Shown here: positions 14,616-28,100 of the stretch, in pieces
How the letters are laid out: each line of letters opens with the position of its first letter
Numbering within the stretch: position 1 is the first letter of the stretch
Source of the DNA: Glaucostegus cemiculus
Lineage: Eukaryota
Length of the DNA stretch: 64,000 bases
Assembly: GCA_976551045.1 (NCBI GenBank)
Contig: CDPCPM010000022.1
Span: 8,990,001-9,054,000 of the forward strand
Direction: 5' to 3'
The notes under the pieces: generated by a model
Seen by the model: the letters and a program-made list of their open reading frames with translations, nothing else
What the model was told of the DNA's origin: nothing
Databases searched by the model: none
Translations under genes and position numbers: made by a program

Positions 14616-15049
14616 CCAGATTTTCCCACATTCACCATTCTCCAAGCTGTTATGTCTGCACTTATTTTGTGCAGATCATTGAGTGGAAAGTATTCCAAGA
14701 AGCTGAAAGTGACCTGGTCAGTAAGATCCAGCACAGTGTAGATCTTTCCAATCATAACAAGTATCACTCACAGAAATGTTATGGCAACTGCTAAGTCACA
14801 TCTCCAGGCTGAACCAACAGTCAAAGAGTTGATTATTTGTCTGGTATTCACAGACATTTAAAAACTAATAAAAGTTTGCAACACTATTGAACATTTAAAT
14901 ATTGTAAAAAAAATTAAAACAGAAACAATTAAAAAATAATTAAATACATTTAAGTATATTCCATTAATTAGTAAAAGCTTACCTCTTTCCATACAGTCAT
15001 TCCTATCTATTGAAAGAATGGAGTTACTGAATGAATGCAATGTTTAACT

Positions 15050-16170
15050 TCTGGAGCATCTGGACAGAAAAGACACCGACATCAGACTGTTGTTCATTGA
15101 CTACAGCTCCACCTTCAATACTATCGTTCCAAGCAAGCCCATCTCCAAACTCCTAGACCTGGGATTCAACACATCCCTTTGCAAATGGATCCTTGACTTC
15201 CTGCCCGACCGCAATCAGTAAGGACAGGCAGCAACACTTCTGCCACCATTATTCTCAACACTCATGCCCCTCAAAGCAGTGTCCTCAGCCCCCAACTGTA
15301 CTCCCTATACACGCTTGACTGTATGGCCAGGTTCTGCTCTAACTCCATCAACAAGTTTGTAGATGATACCATTGTACTGGCCTGCATCTCAAATAACAAT
15401 GAGTCGGAGTACAGGAAGGAGATAGAGAGCCTAGTGACATGGCGTCATGACAACAATCTTTCCTTCAGTATTAGCAAAACAAAAACAGCTGGACATTGAC
15501 TTCAGGAAGTGGGGCAGGTCACACACTCCCGTTTGCATCAACAGTGCTGAGGTTGAGAGGGTTGAGAGCTTCAAGTTTCTGGGAGTGAACATCACCGATA
15601 GCTTGTCCTGGTCTAACCACATAGATGCCACGTCCAACGAAGCTCACTGGCATCTCTACTTCCTCAGGAGGCTAAAGAAATTTGGCATGTCTCCTTTGAC
15701 CCTCACCAATTTTTATCGATGCTCCACAGAAAGCATCCTATCTGGGTGCATCGCAGCTAGGTATGGTAACTGCTTTGCTCGTGACTACAAGAAGCTGTAG
15801 AGTTGTGGACACAGCTCAGCACTTCACGGAAACCAGCTTCCCCTCCATGGACTCTGTCTACACTTTTCACTGCCTTAGTAAAGCAGACAACATAATCAAA
15901 GACCCACCCCCCCAAACATTCTCTCTTCTCCCCTTCCCATTGGGCAGAAGATACAAAAGCCTGAAAACACGTACCACCAGGCTCAAGGACAGAGTCTATC
16001 CTGTGTTTTAAGACTATTAAACAGTCCCCTAGTACAAAAAGATGGACTCCTGACTTCATCATCTACCTCATTGTAGCCTTGTACCTTATTGTCTGCCTAC
16101 ACTGCACTTTCTCTGTAAATGAAACACTTTATTCTGCATTCTGCTATAGCAAACCAATTACCAATTTACC
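15050..16170 (+). mobile_element. Rex1/Babar-clade LINE, 5'-truncated RT to 3' tail
   Basis: LEHLD...[16 protein letters not shown]...CKWILDFL, PQxxVLSP, KFVDDT, VESFKFLGVNI and LYFLRRLKKF motifs; tail aaaccaattaccaatt. Confidence 0.85.
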
Positions 16171-16409
16171 TGCTGCAGGTTCACCAGGCACATTTCCCAT
16201 TGTAATTATGGGGAAACTCTAGGAACCTGGTGCATTATCACAGCACTCCATGAGAAGTCCAAAGTCGGAGTGCTGTGGGGAAATTACCAGCTGTCAGTTG
16301 TGAGAAAGTTTGAGATTTCTGTAAACCCAAGCTTCCTGATGATCTTAGAGGGAAATGCCAAGTGTTCCATATGAAACTCTCAACATTTCTCAGAAACTCT
16401 CAAATAGTG

Positions 16410-17320
16410 ACCAGGACATCATTTTAAAATTTGTAGATGACACAAGAATGGAAATATGGTAAACAGTGAGGAGGGACAAGAAAGACTTCAAGAGGATGCA
16501 GAAAAGCTGTGGAATGGAATTAGGCATAGTAGATAAAATTTAACACAGGAAAGCATGACATGATACATTTTGCTTGAAGGACTGAATTAAAGCATGATAA
16601 TACAAAAGGTAGTTAGTTTTAAAGGTGGGTGCAGGATTAGAGAAACTCTTGGATGTACATATGCACAAATTGTTGGATGTGACAGGACAGGTTGAGAAAG
16701 ACATTAAAATAGCATTCAGAATCATGTATTTGATAGATAGACATATGTTATATGTGGTACATTGTATATGGCAAGAAGGTTATTCTGAACCTCTGTAAAA
16801 CATTGGTTTGATTGTAACTAGAGGTCAGCATTTGATTCTGCTCACCACACCATGGGAAGGATGTGAAGGCTTTTGGGAAAGTTTGGTAGATTGGTTCCAG
16901 GTTTGATAGCTTGCATGGATTGGAGCAGCTGGGATTATTCTCTTTAGAGCAGAGAAGGTTGCAGGGTGATTTGACAGGGTTGTTCAAAGTCATGAGGACT
17001 CCAGACAGACTGAAGAAAGAGGAAGCCTTCCCATTGGAGAAAGTATTGCGAGCATAGATTTAAGTGACTGGCAAAAGAACCAAGGTTAACTCTAGGAAAA
17101 TGTTTTTCCACATATTGAGTAGCCCTGATCCTGAATCCACTGCCTTATAGATAGTGGAGTCATATTCAATTGTCACTCTTAAAAGCAAACTGGATAAATC
17201 ATGAGGGAGAAAAAATTTATAGGGCCACAAGCAATAGGATTGACTAGATTATTCTTGTAGATTGCTGACACAGTCTTGATTGGCTGAGTGGCTTCCTGTT
17301 CTATTCTGATTCTATAGCTT
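16410..17320 (+). mobile_element. Old CR1 3' fragment
   Basis: KFVDDT at ~16428, LGLFSLEQRRLQGDL at ~16930 and a CR1 3' UTR at ~17270-17320. Confidence 0.65.
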
Positions 17321-18080
17321 GGTCTTATTTAAAAGTTGTGTGGTTCCAGTGTAATACAATGCTTATGATAAAGTTATTCACAAATCATTTATTGTGCAAG
17401 AGATTCTGCACCTTATTATATGCTCATTACCCAATGCACATAATGAGAGAATATGTGAAATAGCATTCCTCATCTAACAAGATGTATTAAGCAACTGAAT
17501 AGATTGATAGTTACCAAATCTGGGAGACAACAGAAGACGTTTCACTCTGAATGTAGCTGACAGCTGTCTTGTCCTGCGGGCACACATGCAACTAGGCTAC
17601 TAACTGGCCCTCTGCATAGGATCTGAAGATACAGCCTACATAACCTTTGGTACATTGTCTCAGAATTTGAGGTTGTAATGACTGTGAAGCTGTCAGTGCT
17701 CACCATCATTACAGTGTATAACTGACAACTTCTGCCATCCACGCATACACAAGTTTGGAAGTCCAGATAATGCTGTTAGTGATATGCTGCTCTTGTAGAA
17801 GCTGTTGCAGCTTTTTCAGATGCACTCTTAGAAACTATATGATGCAAATGTCAACATATTCCACTCTTTTCTCATTGTAAAATCCATTGAGAATGCTAAA
17901 CCTTGTGGTTAAGTTGTGACTGAAAATTTAAGTGGTCTGCTATCTCAATATTACTGCTAATTAATCTGCTAAGGGTTATAAAAAATTATTTTATAGTTGT
18001 GGGGTATCATTTCCTTCAAATTTTAAAATGTTGATTTTCAGAGTTATGAAAGTTATTTTTTTTAATTTATGATATTTAAA

Positions 18081-18339
18081 ATATCTTTATTAGTCACATG
18101 TACATCAAAACACACAGTGAAATGCATCTTTTGTGTAGAGTGTTCTGGGGGTAGCCCGCAAGTGTTGCCACACTTCCTGTGTCAACATAGCATGCCCACA
18201 ACTTCCTGACCCATATGTCTTTCGAATGTGGAAGAAAACCGGAGCACCCAGAGGAAACCCACACAGACACAGGGAGAACATTCTACGCAAAGATGCATTT
18301 CACTGTGTGTTTTGATGTACATGTGACTAATCAAGAAAT
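18081..18339 (-). mobile_element. V-domain-type SINE whose tRNA head is replaced by an inverted copy of its own tail
   Basis: The body matches the complete copy at 34940-35203; 18081-18146 is an inverted repeat of 18275-18339. Confidence 0.85.
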
Positions 18340-21300
18340 CTTATTTTATCTGATAAATTCCAGGCCTCATTTGCAGAAGAAGACATAAAAAAAACCCTGC
18401 ATGGAATAAAATGAATAGGGAACATAATTCCTTTGTTTTTTAAAGAAATATTGAACATTCTCCCCTATTCTTTTCTCAGCTGGTGCATCCTTTTCCGAGA
18501 CAATTAACTTTGTAAATTCATTTTGAAACTGAACATCTCTATGTTGGGGCTATGGAAACGAATCTATGGAAACAAGTCAGGACTATAAAACAGCTGAACA
18601 ATTAAAAAATTAGGTTTCTCAGTTCAACAACAATACTATCCTTATATCAATACATTCTTTGCTATTTAGAGTCTGTTAGTTTATCACTGCACAAACTCGT
18701 AATATCTAGTGAATATCAAGATGTCACAAACGTCTTATATAGAAGGATAAATTTACAATGAGTATATAACTATGTATTTTGGAGTGGAGATATTTCAGAT
18801 ATTTTTGTATGCTTTTCTGCTGAAATAGTACAAAAAATGATAATTAAACCACCTAACCTGCAAGAGTCATAGTAGCTTCAAAAACTCAGTGGCTTATATG
18901 ATACTTTAATTCAAAATCTATCAGCTTCTATTAAATAAGCCTCAATGTGATACAAAACAGAATTACCCTGTTATTAAAATCTCACATTAATATAGGGATT
19001 ACATCTATGTTGGAAACAATAGTTATGTTTTTCTGCAGTGGGGTCAAATAAAAATTTAATTTTACACAGGAGACATTTTAGCAAATATGGATGCTCGCAG
19101 CAGCCACACATAAGCAATGAATCATAAGGATTACTTAAGATAACTACTCTTCCACAGAGTGGCCCTAAACATATTCAATAAACATTTATCTTTTACTGAT
19201 AATCAAAAAGTTGCAGATGCTAGAAGTCTGAAATACAAACAAAAAGTGCCGGAAATATTCAGTTCTGACGAAGGGACACCAACCTGAAATGTTATGTATT
19301 TCTCTCTGCACAGATGATGTCTTACCTTCTGACTGCTTCTAGCATTCTCTGTTTTTATCCAAGTAGTTATCAATCTGCAGCTATTCAACTGAGACTTTTA
19401 AATGTAATGAAACATGTTAAATACATTCAAGACATCACTTTACAAATATAATCTACAATTTTGGCTCATACACTAAAAAGATGAAAATTAGGTGGGAATT
19501 CTCCATTTTAAGACTTTTTTTCTACCCAATAATTTTTGTCCATCTTGGAGAACTATGATCCTTGTTAAACCATGTCCATAAAACAGTAAAATTTCCTGCT
19601 ACCAGAAACCTTATTGCTTATAGCCCTCTTTAACTCCGATGAAGCAATGCCAAGTCTTTGGTTGTGCTGCATTAATGCACCTAGATGCTGCTGTACACAA
19701 GGAAATCTAATAATGGCTTTCCTGTTTGCATTGCTGTATAAAGTCTCATTTTCCTTCTGTACAAATAAGCTGCAATGATATCAAATGCAAATTTAAACTT
19801 ATTGCTACTTTTACCAGAAGGAAAATGCTGTACTTTTCAGGCAATGGTGTAGAAATATTATTAGATCAACTTCTCTTCAGAAAGGGGATATTATTTCTTT
19901 CTTGATAGTCAGAAAATTGGGCCAATAATGTTTGACATTTGAACACAAACAGTCCTATTCAGTGACCATGGTTAGAGTGATGTAGAAGCTTACTCACTTC
20001 ATTAGATGTGCTAAGAGATTTCTCTATAACATTACATTAATGGACTATATTAAATATACATGCATGAGTAGTTCTCTCCCATCCACACAGTCTGATAGTT
20101 AGCTTCCCATGATTGCCCATTTCATGCCTAGGCACATTTTGCATCAGTTCTTTTCTCCACTAATAGCACCTTTCTTAACATCCTTAACTGTTGTTCCCTC
20201 TGTCAATTCCTTCCACGTACTGTACTTGCATGATGCATGATCCTGTTAGCATACTCCCTGTGGGCAGCACACTGATAGATGTTCTTCCATGCATGTCCTT
20301 AAGGCAAACTGAATTAAGCAATCCCTCCTATGGTTTTTGTAGTACCATTCTGCACATAACGATTGGGGAGAAGGCCACATGGGAAAATGATCTTCCCAGT
20401 CACTGTGCTCTTACTATATTTAAGGAGACTTCAGTGCAGATCCAGGGCAGGGAAACTATTGAGGAAGTAGGTGATTGCAAAGTTTGGAAGGCTGATCTCA
20501 CCTGGGGATTCTCCCAAGATAATCCAATGTACTTACACTTTGCAAGCAAAAAGTATGGTGAACAACAATTCCTTGTCATTCTTTCAGCAGAGTTTACCAT
20601 TGCAAAAAGACTTGTTCCTCTTCATTTTCCTATTTGTCAGATTACAAAGAAAACTAGACTTTATCTCACACTATGTATCATGAAATAATTGTATGAAAAG
20701 GCACAGAAAAGGTGCATCCATCTTGAGGAAACTTGATAGAAAATTGGAGGCGAGAATGCAGGATGATACCCAAATCAAAAAGAATCGGAAAGAACTGGCA
20801 TTATTACAAGTGTAACAGAAAGCTGTTTTCTGTTGGGTCATCCAAGTCATATTAAATTTAAGACCAAGATTATTGCAGTTAAAGGTATTAAAGAATATAA
20901 ATCAAAAGGCAATTAAGTGAAGAGGAAAGAGATCAGGTATAAGTTAAAAGTGGTAGAACACTGTGGCACGTAGAATGGTCTATTCTGTATCCCTGTGCAT
21001 CTTTCTTTTCAAATACATTCTATTTAACTCTTGTTTTGTTTCTCTCTGTCTCTCTTTAATTTTGTGTGATCTGTTATTGAAAAAAGACATTAGAGGCCAG
21101 GGGTTATATTCTCTAGTGGGGCCTAGGAGTAAAATGTTACCTTTTTCCTCTCCTACCTCACCCCTTCAGCCTCCATGTCCATCTCCTCTTGTTTCTCCAC
21201 TATCATCCCTCCTAAACTGTACTTCCTTCCAACATTAGACACTCACACCTTCTCCTTCTATCCATTTCCTCACTAAATCTATTAATGTTTTCAAAAGTTA

Positions 21301-24300
21301 AATTATTTCATTAAAAAATTAACTTAATTCAGGAAGAAGAATGACCTACTTACTTGCAATATATAAACTGACTGCTCAGCCTTAACAATGTAGGCCACTT
21401 GCAGAAGGGAAAGCACAGCACCACAGAGACCTCATTTTCTGAAATCTAATATTTGTTCTCAATTGGTATCATCCAGAATCATCTTCAGAGCCATAGTACA
21501 TGCACAAAGAGGGAATGATTAGGATATAATGAAGGGAACAGATCAATAATATTTATGCTGTATGTGCAAGTACCTTAAAAGGCTGGTAGTTCTACGGTCC
21601 TGTCAGTAGCTCACATACTGTTACGAATGTAAGGATTTTAAAATGTGCATATTGTCAGCTTTTAGTAGTTGAAACAACTGTTAGCAGCCACAAAAAAATT
21701 GACTCAACAGCTTGTAGAAATCAAGCATGTGAAGTATGTCATAAAAAGCTTCATGTTAGTTTGAGTTCTCTATATAAGACATCACAAGTTAGCAAATATC
21801 CTTTGTTTCCTAATTCAAAAATCATATCTGATTACCTGAACCTGGTGCCAACAAATGCCCTGAATACAGAAAGCTGCAAAAGGATATTTTAAACATTTAA
21901 TTTTGTGGTCATTTAGTCCTATCTTCCTTTGCGACAAAACATTGTAAACCACTCACCACGATGAAAATATGAACATGATAAATTTCATAGGTTGAATACA
22001 CAGAATATGCAGAAAATACAATGGGAATTCAGAGCAATCAACTCTGGCTTACTGGAGAATTTTCATGACTCATAATATTCACTTGAAGCATTCTTTTTCC
22101 TTGCAATGTCTGTACTCCTTCACCACTACCTTATAAATCCATTCTTATCCTACTGTAATGAAATATTAACTGTGAATACCATATGATTTCTGTAAACTTC
22201 AAAATAAATTGGTCAGCATGGACATGTGTTCTTAGTACTCACTCCAGCAGCAAAAATAAATTATCTCAGATGTTAAGTGTTCAAAACACTTAATTGCAAA
22301 GCACTGCAAATTCTTTCAATGACTATGAAGCAGATTCCAGAAATCATGCATATTTCCTACAATGAAAACTAATGCCACTTATGTGATTCATACCTAAGTA
22401 TAGTTTAGTTAATTTAATTATATGCATGCTTGTCAAATGCCATTTTGATTCCGAGATCTATTTGATTGTTGATCATGATATCATTTATCTATTTAGAATT
22501 ATCCCTGCTTGTACTTTTAATTAAGGTTATTTTGTTGTACCATGAGCACATTGTGAATCAGATTAGAAGCTTGAATTCATGAGCAGTGTGAACAGGACAC
22601 TTGAGGACAATTTACTACCAACATAATCCACCAAAGTGTGAGCCAGCTCCAGAAGCTTTTGCAATAGAATCCAACTCGAAGCCAACACTTTATCCATGAC
22701 TGCTCAGAATTAGTACTGTGGACTAGAGGGCAGAGTAGAGTGCTGTCACTTCTGAGTTAAGTAAGCTAGTTTGGGAGAATCATCATAAGAGCTATACTGC
22801 AACTACTAACATCATTTGCCCACCATTCCTGTAAATCAGTATCTATACAAAATCAAAATAAATGCCACAGTGTAAGGTGCTAGGATGAAGTTACAGCAGG
22901 ATAAGCAACTCATCTCCAACTTATTTCTGATGCAGTATATGTAATAGTGGCATGGAAGTTGTGCATGCAAGTTATGTCCGTGGAAAGGCATATGCAACAT
23001 TATGGTGCTGTATGTGAAAAAAATGATTATAGAACAAGAACATACATTTATTAATGCCTTTAAGTGGCTCCTTATTTGAAGGAAGTCTAAATGAAGGTTA
23101 GGTAACTAGATAGGCAGATATAACTGGGGATGCACTTAGAGAGGGTGAGATGGAGGTGCAAGATATGGGCAAGGCTAACTTCCATGTGATCAGAAAAAAT
23201 AATGTCTGTGATAAACCAAGGAAATTGATAACTGGACAAAAGTGAGAAAATTGGGTAACTAGCTTATACCAAAGGAACAAGACCTTGTGTTGCCAAAAAC
23301 AATCATGAATCAGTACAGGGCAAAAGAAAACTAAGCATACACTATTCTGCTGTTTAAGAGAGATACAAAGAAATCTGAATTTAAATAACCTGTACAGACA
23401 CTGTCCTGAACAGTAGTTTAGTCACTTCCTCAAAAAAAAAATTCAAATTGGTCAAGTAAAGCCTGCTGTGGCTCCTAAATAAAAAGATGACAAAACAGTA
23501 GGAATTACAAAAAAGGAGAATTGCAAAAATGAATAATAACATCAAGACAAAATACTTACAATTATATTGGGAGGAAATGAGAGTTTTGAGTAGAAATATA
23601 GAACTTTAAAAAGTAATGATATTATTCATGAAAATAAGAAAATGGGGATTTGTTGAATATTTGCTTTATATTTACAGTAGAGGAAGAGCATGGCATTTCA
23701 GACAACTACTGAATCAGAGATAGAATCTCAAGCAAATCAATAAAACAATGGTTGACAATTCCCCAGGCCCAGATGATCTAGGAAATGGTCATTTCCCAGT
23801 TGCGTGACCCACAGTTTAAGGCCTCTTTGATGAACTGATGGTAACAATGTGGGTGGAAATTAAAATTATAGTGAATTGTAGTAATCCTATTTGACCCTGC
23901 TTTGCTTATGTTATCAAGGCCCTTGGCTCTTTCCAGCAGTAACTCAGGCCACACAGACAGTAGTCCATTCCAAAAGGGATTGAGCAGACATTTAGCAGTT
24001 GATGGAGACACAAGAGACTGCAGATACTGGATTCTGGAGCAACAACCACTCTGCTGGAGGAACTCAGTGGCTCAAGCAGCATCAGTGGGAGGGAAGGAAT
24101 TGTCAACAAAACCCAACCCAAAATGTCGACAATTCCTTTTCCACCCACAGATTCTGCTTGACCCGCTTGGTTCCTCCAACAGATTGTTTGTTGGTCGAAC
24201 AGTTGATATTCAGTTTCTTATAAGATATTCACCCTGTCACTACATTGCTTTTACTATAAATCAGGTGGCAGTGAAGCAAAAACCAATGTCATTGTTTTGA

Positions 24301-25192
24301 CCTGCTCAACATTTTTTCTTGTATTTAATAAAAATTCAATATGATGAAAAGGTCTCTGTTCTTTGTTTTTGTTTGCATTACTGATATAAATAAGCATATT
24401 TCATATTCATTTTCTAACAAAACATAAACCAGATGTTCAGTCAATTTAATTTGTGCTGCCAGGTGCTTGAGATTGGAGAATTTAATACTTATTCAAAGAA
24501 ATTCCCCTGAACACTCTGCATTGGGGAATTTTGCTTACAGTTTCAATATTTAGAGTTGATTTTGGCAGATATTTTCAGCTCCAACATCCGAGTCCATTTT
24601 CTTACTGACTGTTCTAGCTATAATCTTATAATGTGGAACAGTTGGACAGCAGATGATGATCTTGGTATAATCAGACTTTTTCAGCAATATTAAAAACTGA
24701 AAAATTTAATATTGTCAAACATACGTCCTGCTAGATGTTGTACTATGTCCTGCGAAGTCATCAAATCTTCATGAATAAGTAGTATTTTATATGCATTTCA
24801 GAAATCCCAACTTTCTGTTTAACTCACAATTTGGAAACTTCATTTTTCATCACCCATTACACCTCCCACATCAGGTCCCTTATTCACTGCAACATGTACT
24901 TATGAATTCCAATGTAGTTGTAGAGACATGATTAAGTGATTTTCTTCACAGTTGAAGTATGCAAATATTCCATTGGCTGTTCCTCTGGTCATTGACTACA
25001 GTTGGCAAAAACTATTAATTGGCCTACCATGCAATGAAGATGGGTCTCATGGTAAACTTCACAAATGAACATAACTCTGTCTGGTTTCAGTCTCTGTGAA
25101 CCTTTGCAGCCTTACTTTCCAAATGTCCCATTTTCCCAAAGACAGCCACACATGAATCTTCACTTCCTTTGTCCAATCAGGTTACACTTAAA

Positions 25193-28100
25193 CTAGAGGG
25201 GCGGGTTGCACTTGAATCAGAGGGGGACCAATATCCTAGTGGAAAATTTGCTTTTCCACCAGGGTATGGATCGGATTCGAGAGAGCAAAGTTAGTGAGAA
25301 GGCGGATACATGCAGCAACCAAAGAGTGTAGGCCAAGCAATCAGGATAGCCATGTCTACAGTGAAAGGGCAGGTAGGACCACTGTTTTAAATTGTATCTA
25401 TTGGAATGCATGTAGCTTACTAGGTAAGGCAGATGAACCAAGAGCATGGATTGCCTCTAGGGAGTGGGATATTGTGGTCATAACAGAAACATGGCTGAGA
25501 GAAGGGCAGGACTGGCAGCTCAATGTCCCAGGACAACGATGCTTTAGACATGACAGAGGAACAGGTAAGTGGAGGGAGTGTTGCTTTTTTGATAAGGGAG
25601 GACATAACAGCAGTGCTCAGAGAGGATATTCTTGGGGGGGGGGGTCATCCAATGAGGCCATTTGGGTAGAACTTTGAAATAAGAAGGGGATTGTCACCTT
25701 GGTAGGGCTATGTTATTGACCTCCCAATAGTCCATAGAACCATAGAAATATAGAACTCTATGGCACAGAAACCAGGCCATTTGGCCCTTCAAGTCTGTGC
25801 TGAAACTTTATTCTGCTAGTCCCATTTACCTGCACCCAGTCCATAACCATCCAGACCTCTCCCATCCATGTAGCTATCTAATTTATTCTTAAAACTCAAG
25901 AGTGAGCCTGCATTTACTACATCAGATAGCAGCCCGTTCCACACTCCCACCACTCTCTGAGTGAAGAAGTTCCCCCTAATGTTCCACCTAAACCTTTCCC
26001 CTTTCACCCTAAAGCCATGTCCTCTTGTACTTATCTCTCCTAATCTAGGTGGAAAGAGCCTACTTGCATTAACTCTGTCTATACCCCTCATAATTTTGTA
26101 AACCTCTATCAAATCTCCCCTCATTCTTCTCCGCTCCAAGGAATAAAGTCCTAACCTGTTCAACCTTTCCTTGTAACTCAACTCCTGAAGACCTGGCAAC
26201 ATTCTATCCTTCCTATAGTTAGGTGGCCAGAACTGCACACAATACTCCAAATTTGGCCTCACCATTGTCTTATACAACCTCACCATAACATCCCAACTCC
26301 TATACTGAATACTTTGATTTATGAATGCCAGGATGCCAAAAGGCTTCTACAACCCTGTCTACCTGTGACGCCACTTTCAGGGAATTATGTATCTGAACTC
26401 CCAGATCCCTTTGTTTCTCTGGACTCCTCAGTGGTCCTACCATTTACTGTGTATGTCCTACCTTGATTTGTCCTTCCAAAGTGCAACACCTCACACTTGT
26501 CTGCATTAAATTCCATCTGTCATTTTCTGGCCTGTTTTTTCAGTTGGTCCAGATCCCTCTGCAAGCTCTGAAAGCCTTCCTTGCTGTCCACTACACCTCC
26601 AATCTTAGTGTCATCAGCAAACTTGCTGATCCAATTTACCATATCATCATCTAGATCATTGATATAGACAACAAATAACAATGGCCCCAGCACAGATCCC
26701 TGAGGCACACTACTAGTCACAGGCCTCCAGTATGAGGAACAATCATCCACTACCATTCTCTGTCTTCTCCCATATAAGACAATTTCAAATCCAGTTTACA
26801 ACCTCTCCTAGTGTCTGAACCTTCTGAACTAATCTTCCATGTGGGACCTTGTCAAATTTCTTACTAAATCCATGTATACAACATCCACGGCCTTTGCTTC
26901 ATCTACTTTCTTGGTAACCTCCTCAAAAGACTCTACAAGATTCATTAAACACGATCTACCTCGCACAAAGCCATGCTGACTATCCTTAATCAGCCCTTGG
27001 CTGTCCAAATACTTGTATATCCGATCCCTCAGAACACCTTCCAATAATTTACCTACTACTGATGTCAGGCTCACCAGCCTATAATTACCTTGTTTTACTT
27101 TTAGAGCCTTTTTTTAAACAACGGAACAACATGAGCTACCTTCCAGTCCTCTGGCACCACACCCGCTGCTAAGGACATTTTAAATATATCTGCCAGGGCC
27201 CCTGCAATTTCTACACCAGTCTCTCTAAGGTCCAAGGAAATATCTTGTCAGGCCCAGGGGATTTATCGAGCTTTATTCACTGTAAAGCAGCAAGCACCTC
27301 CTCCGCTTTAATCTCTATATGTTCCATGACACTACTGCTTGTTTCCCTTCCTTCCATATACATTATGCCAGTTTTCTGAGTAAATACTGATGCAAAAAAA
27401 CTGTTTAAGATCTCCCCCATCTCCTGAACCTCCACACATAGATGACCACTCTGATCTTCTAGGGGTCCAATTTTGTCCCTTACTATACTTTTACTCTTAA
27501 TATACTTGTAGAAACCCTTCGGGTTTACCTTCATATTATCTGCCAAAGCAACCTCATGTCTTCTTTTTGCCTTCCTGATTTCCTTTTTTAGTATTTTCTT
27601 ACATTTTCTATACTCTTTAAGTACCTCGTTGCCTATACCTGCTATACACCTTTCTCTTTTTCTTAACCAGATCGCCAACATCCCCTGAAAACCAAGGTTC
27701 CCTATGCCTGTTAACTTTGCCTTTAATCCTGGCAGGAAGATGCAAACTGTACTCTCAAAATTTCACCTTTGAAGGCCTTCCACTTACTGAACACATCCTT
27801 GCCAGTAAACATCTTATCCCAATCCACTCTTCCCAGATCCTTTCTCATTTCCACAAAATTGCCCTTTCTCCAATTTAGAACCTCAACTCGAGGACCAGAC
27901 CTTTCCTTATCCATAATTAACTTGAAACTAATGACATGATGGTCACTGGACCCAAAATGCTCACTTACACATACTTCTGTCACCTGACCTGTGTGGTTCC
28001 CTAATAAGAGATCAAGTATTGCATTCTCTCTCGTTGGTACCTCTATAAATTGATTTAGAAAACTTTCCTGAACACATTTGACAAGCCATCCAGCCCTTTC

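Noticed and set aside
20191-20688. 165-aa ORF, and other 60-170 aa ORFs in 1-48 kb
   Set aside because: No recognisable domain or splice-consistent exon structure; many use non-ATG starts or are antisense to repeats.
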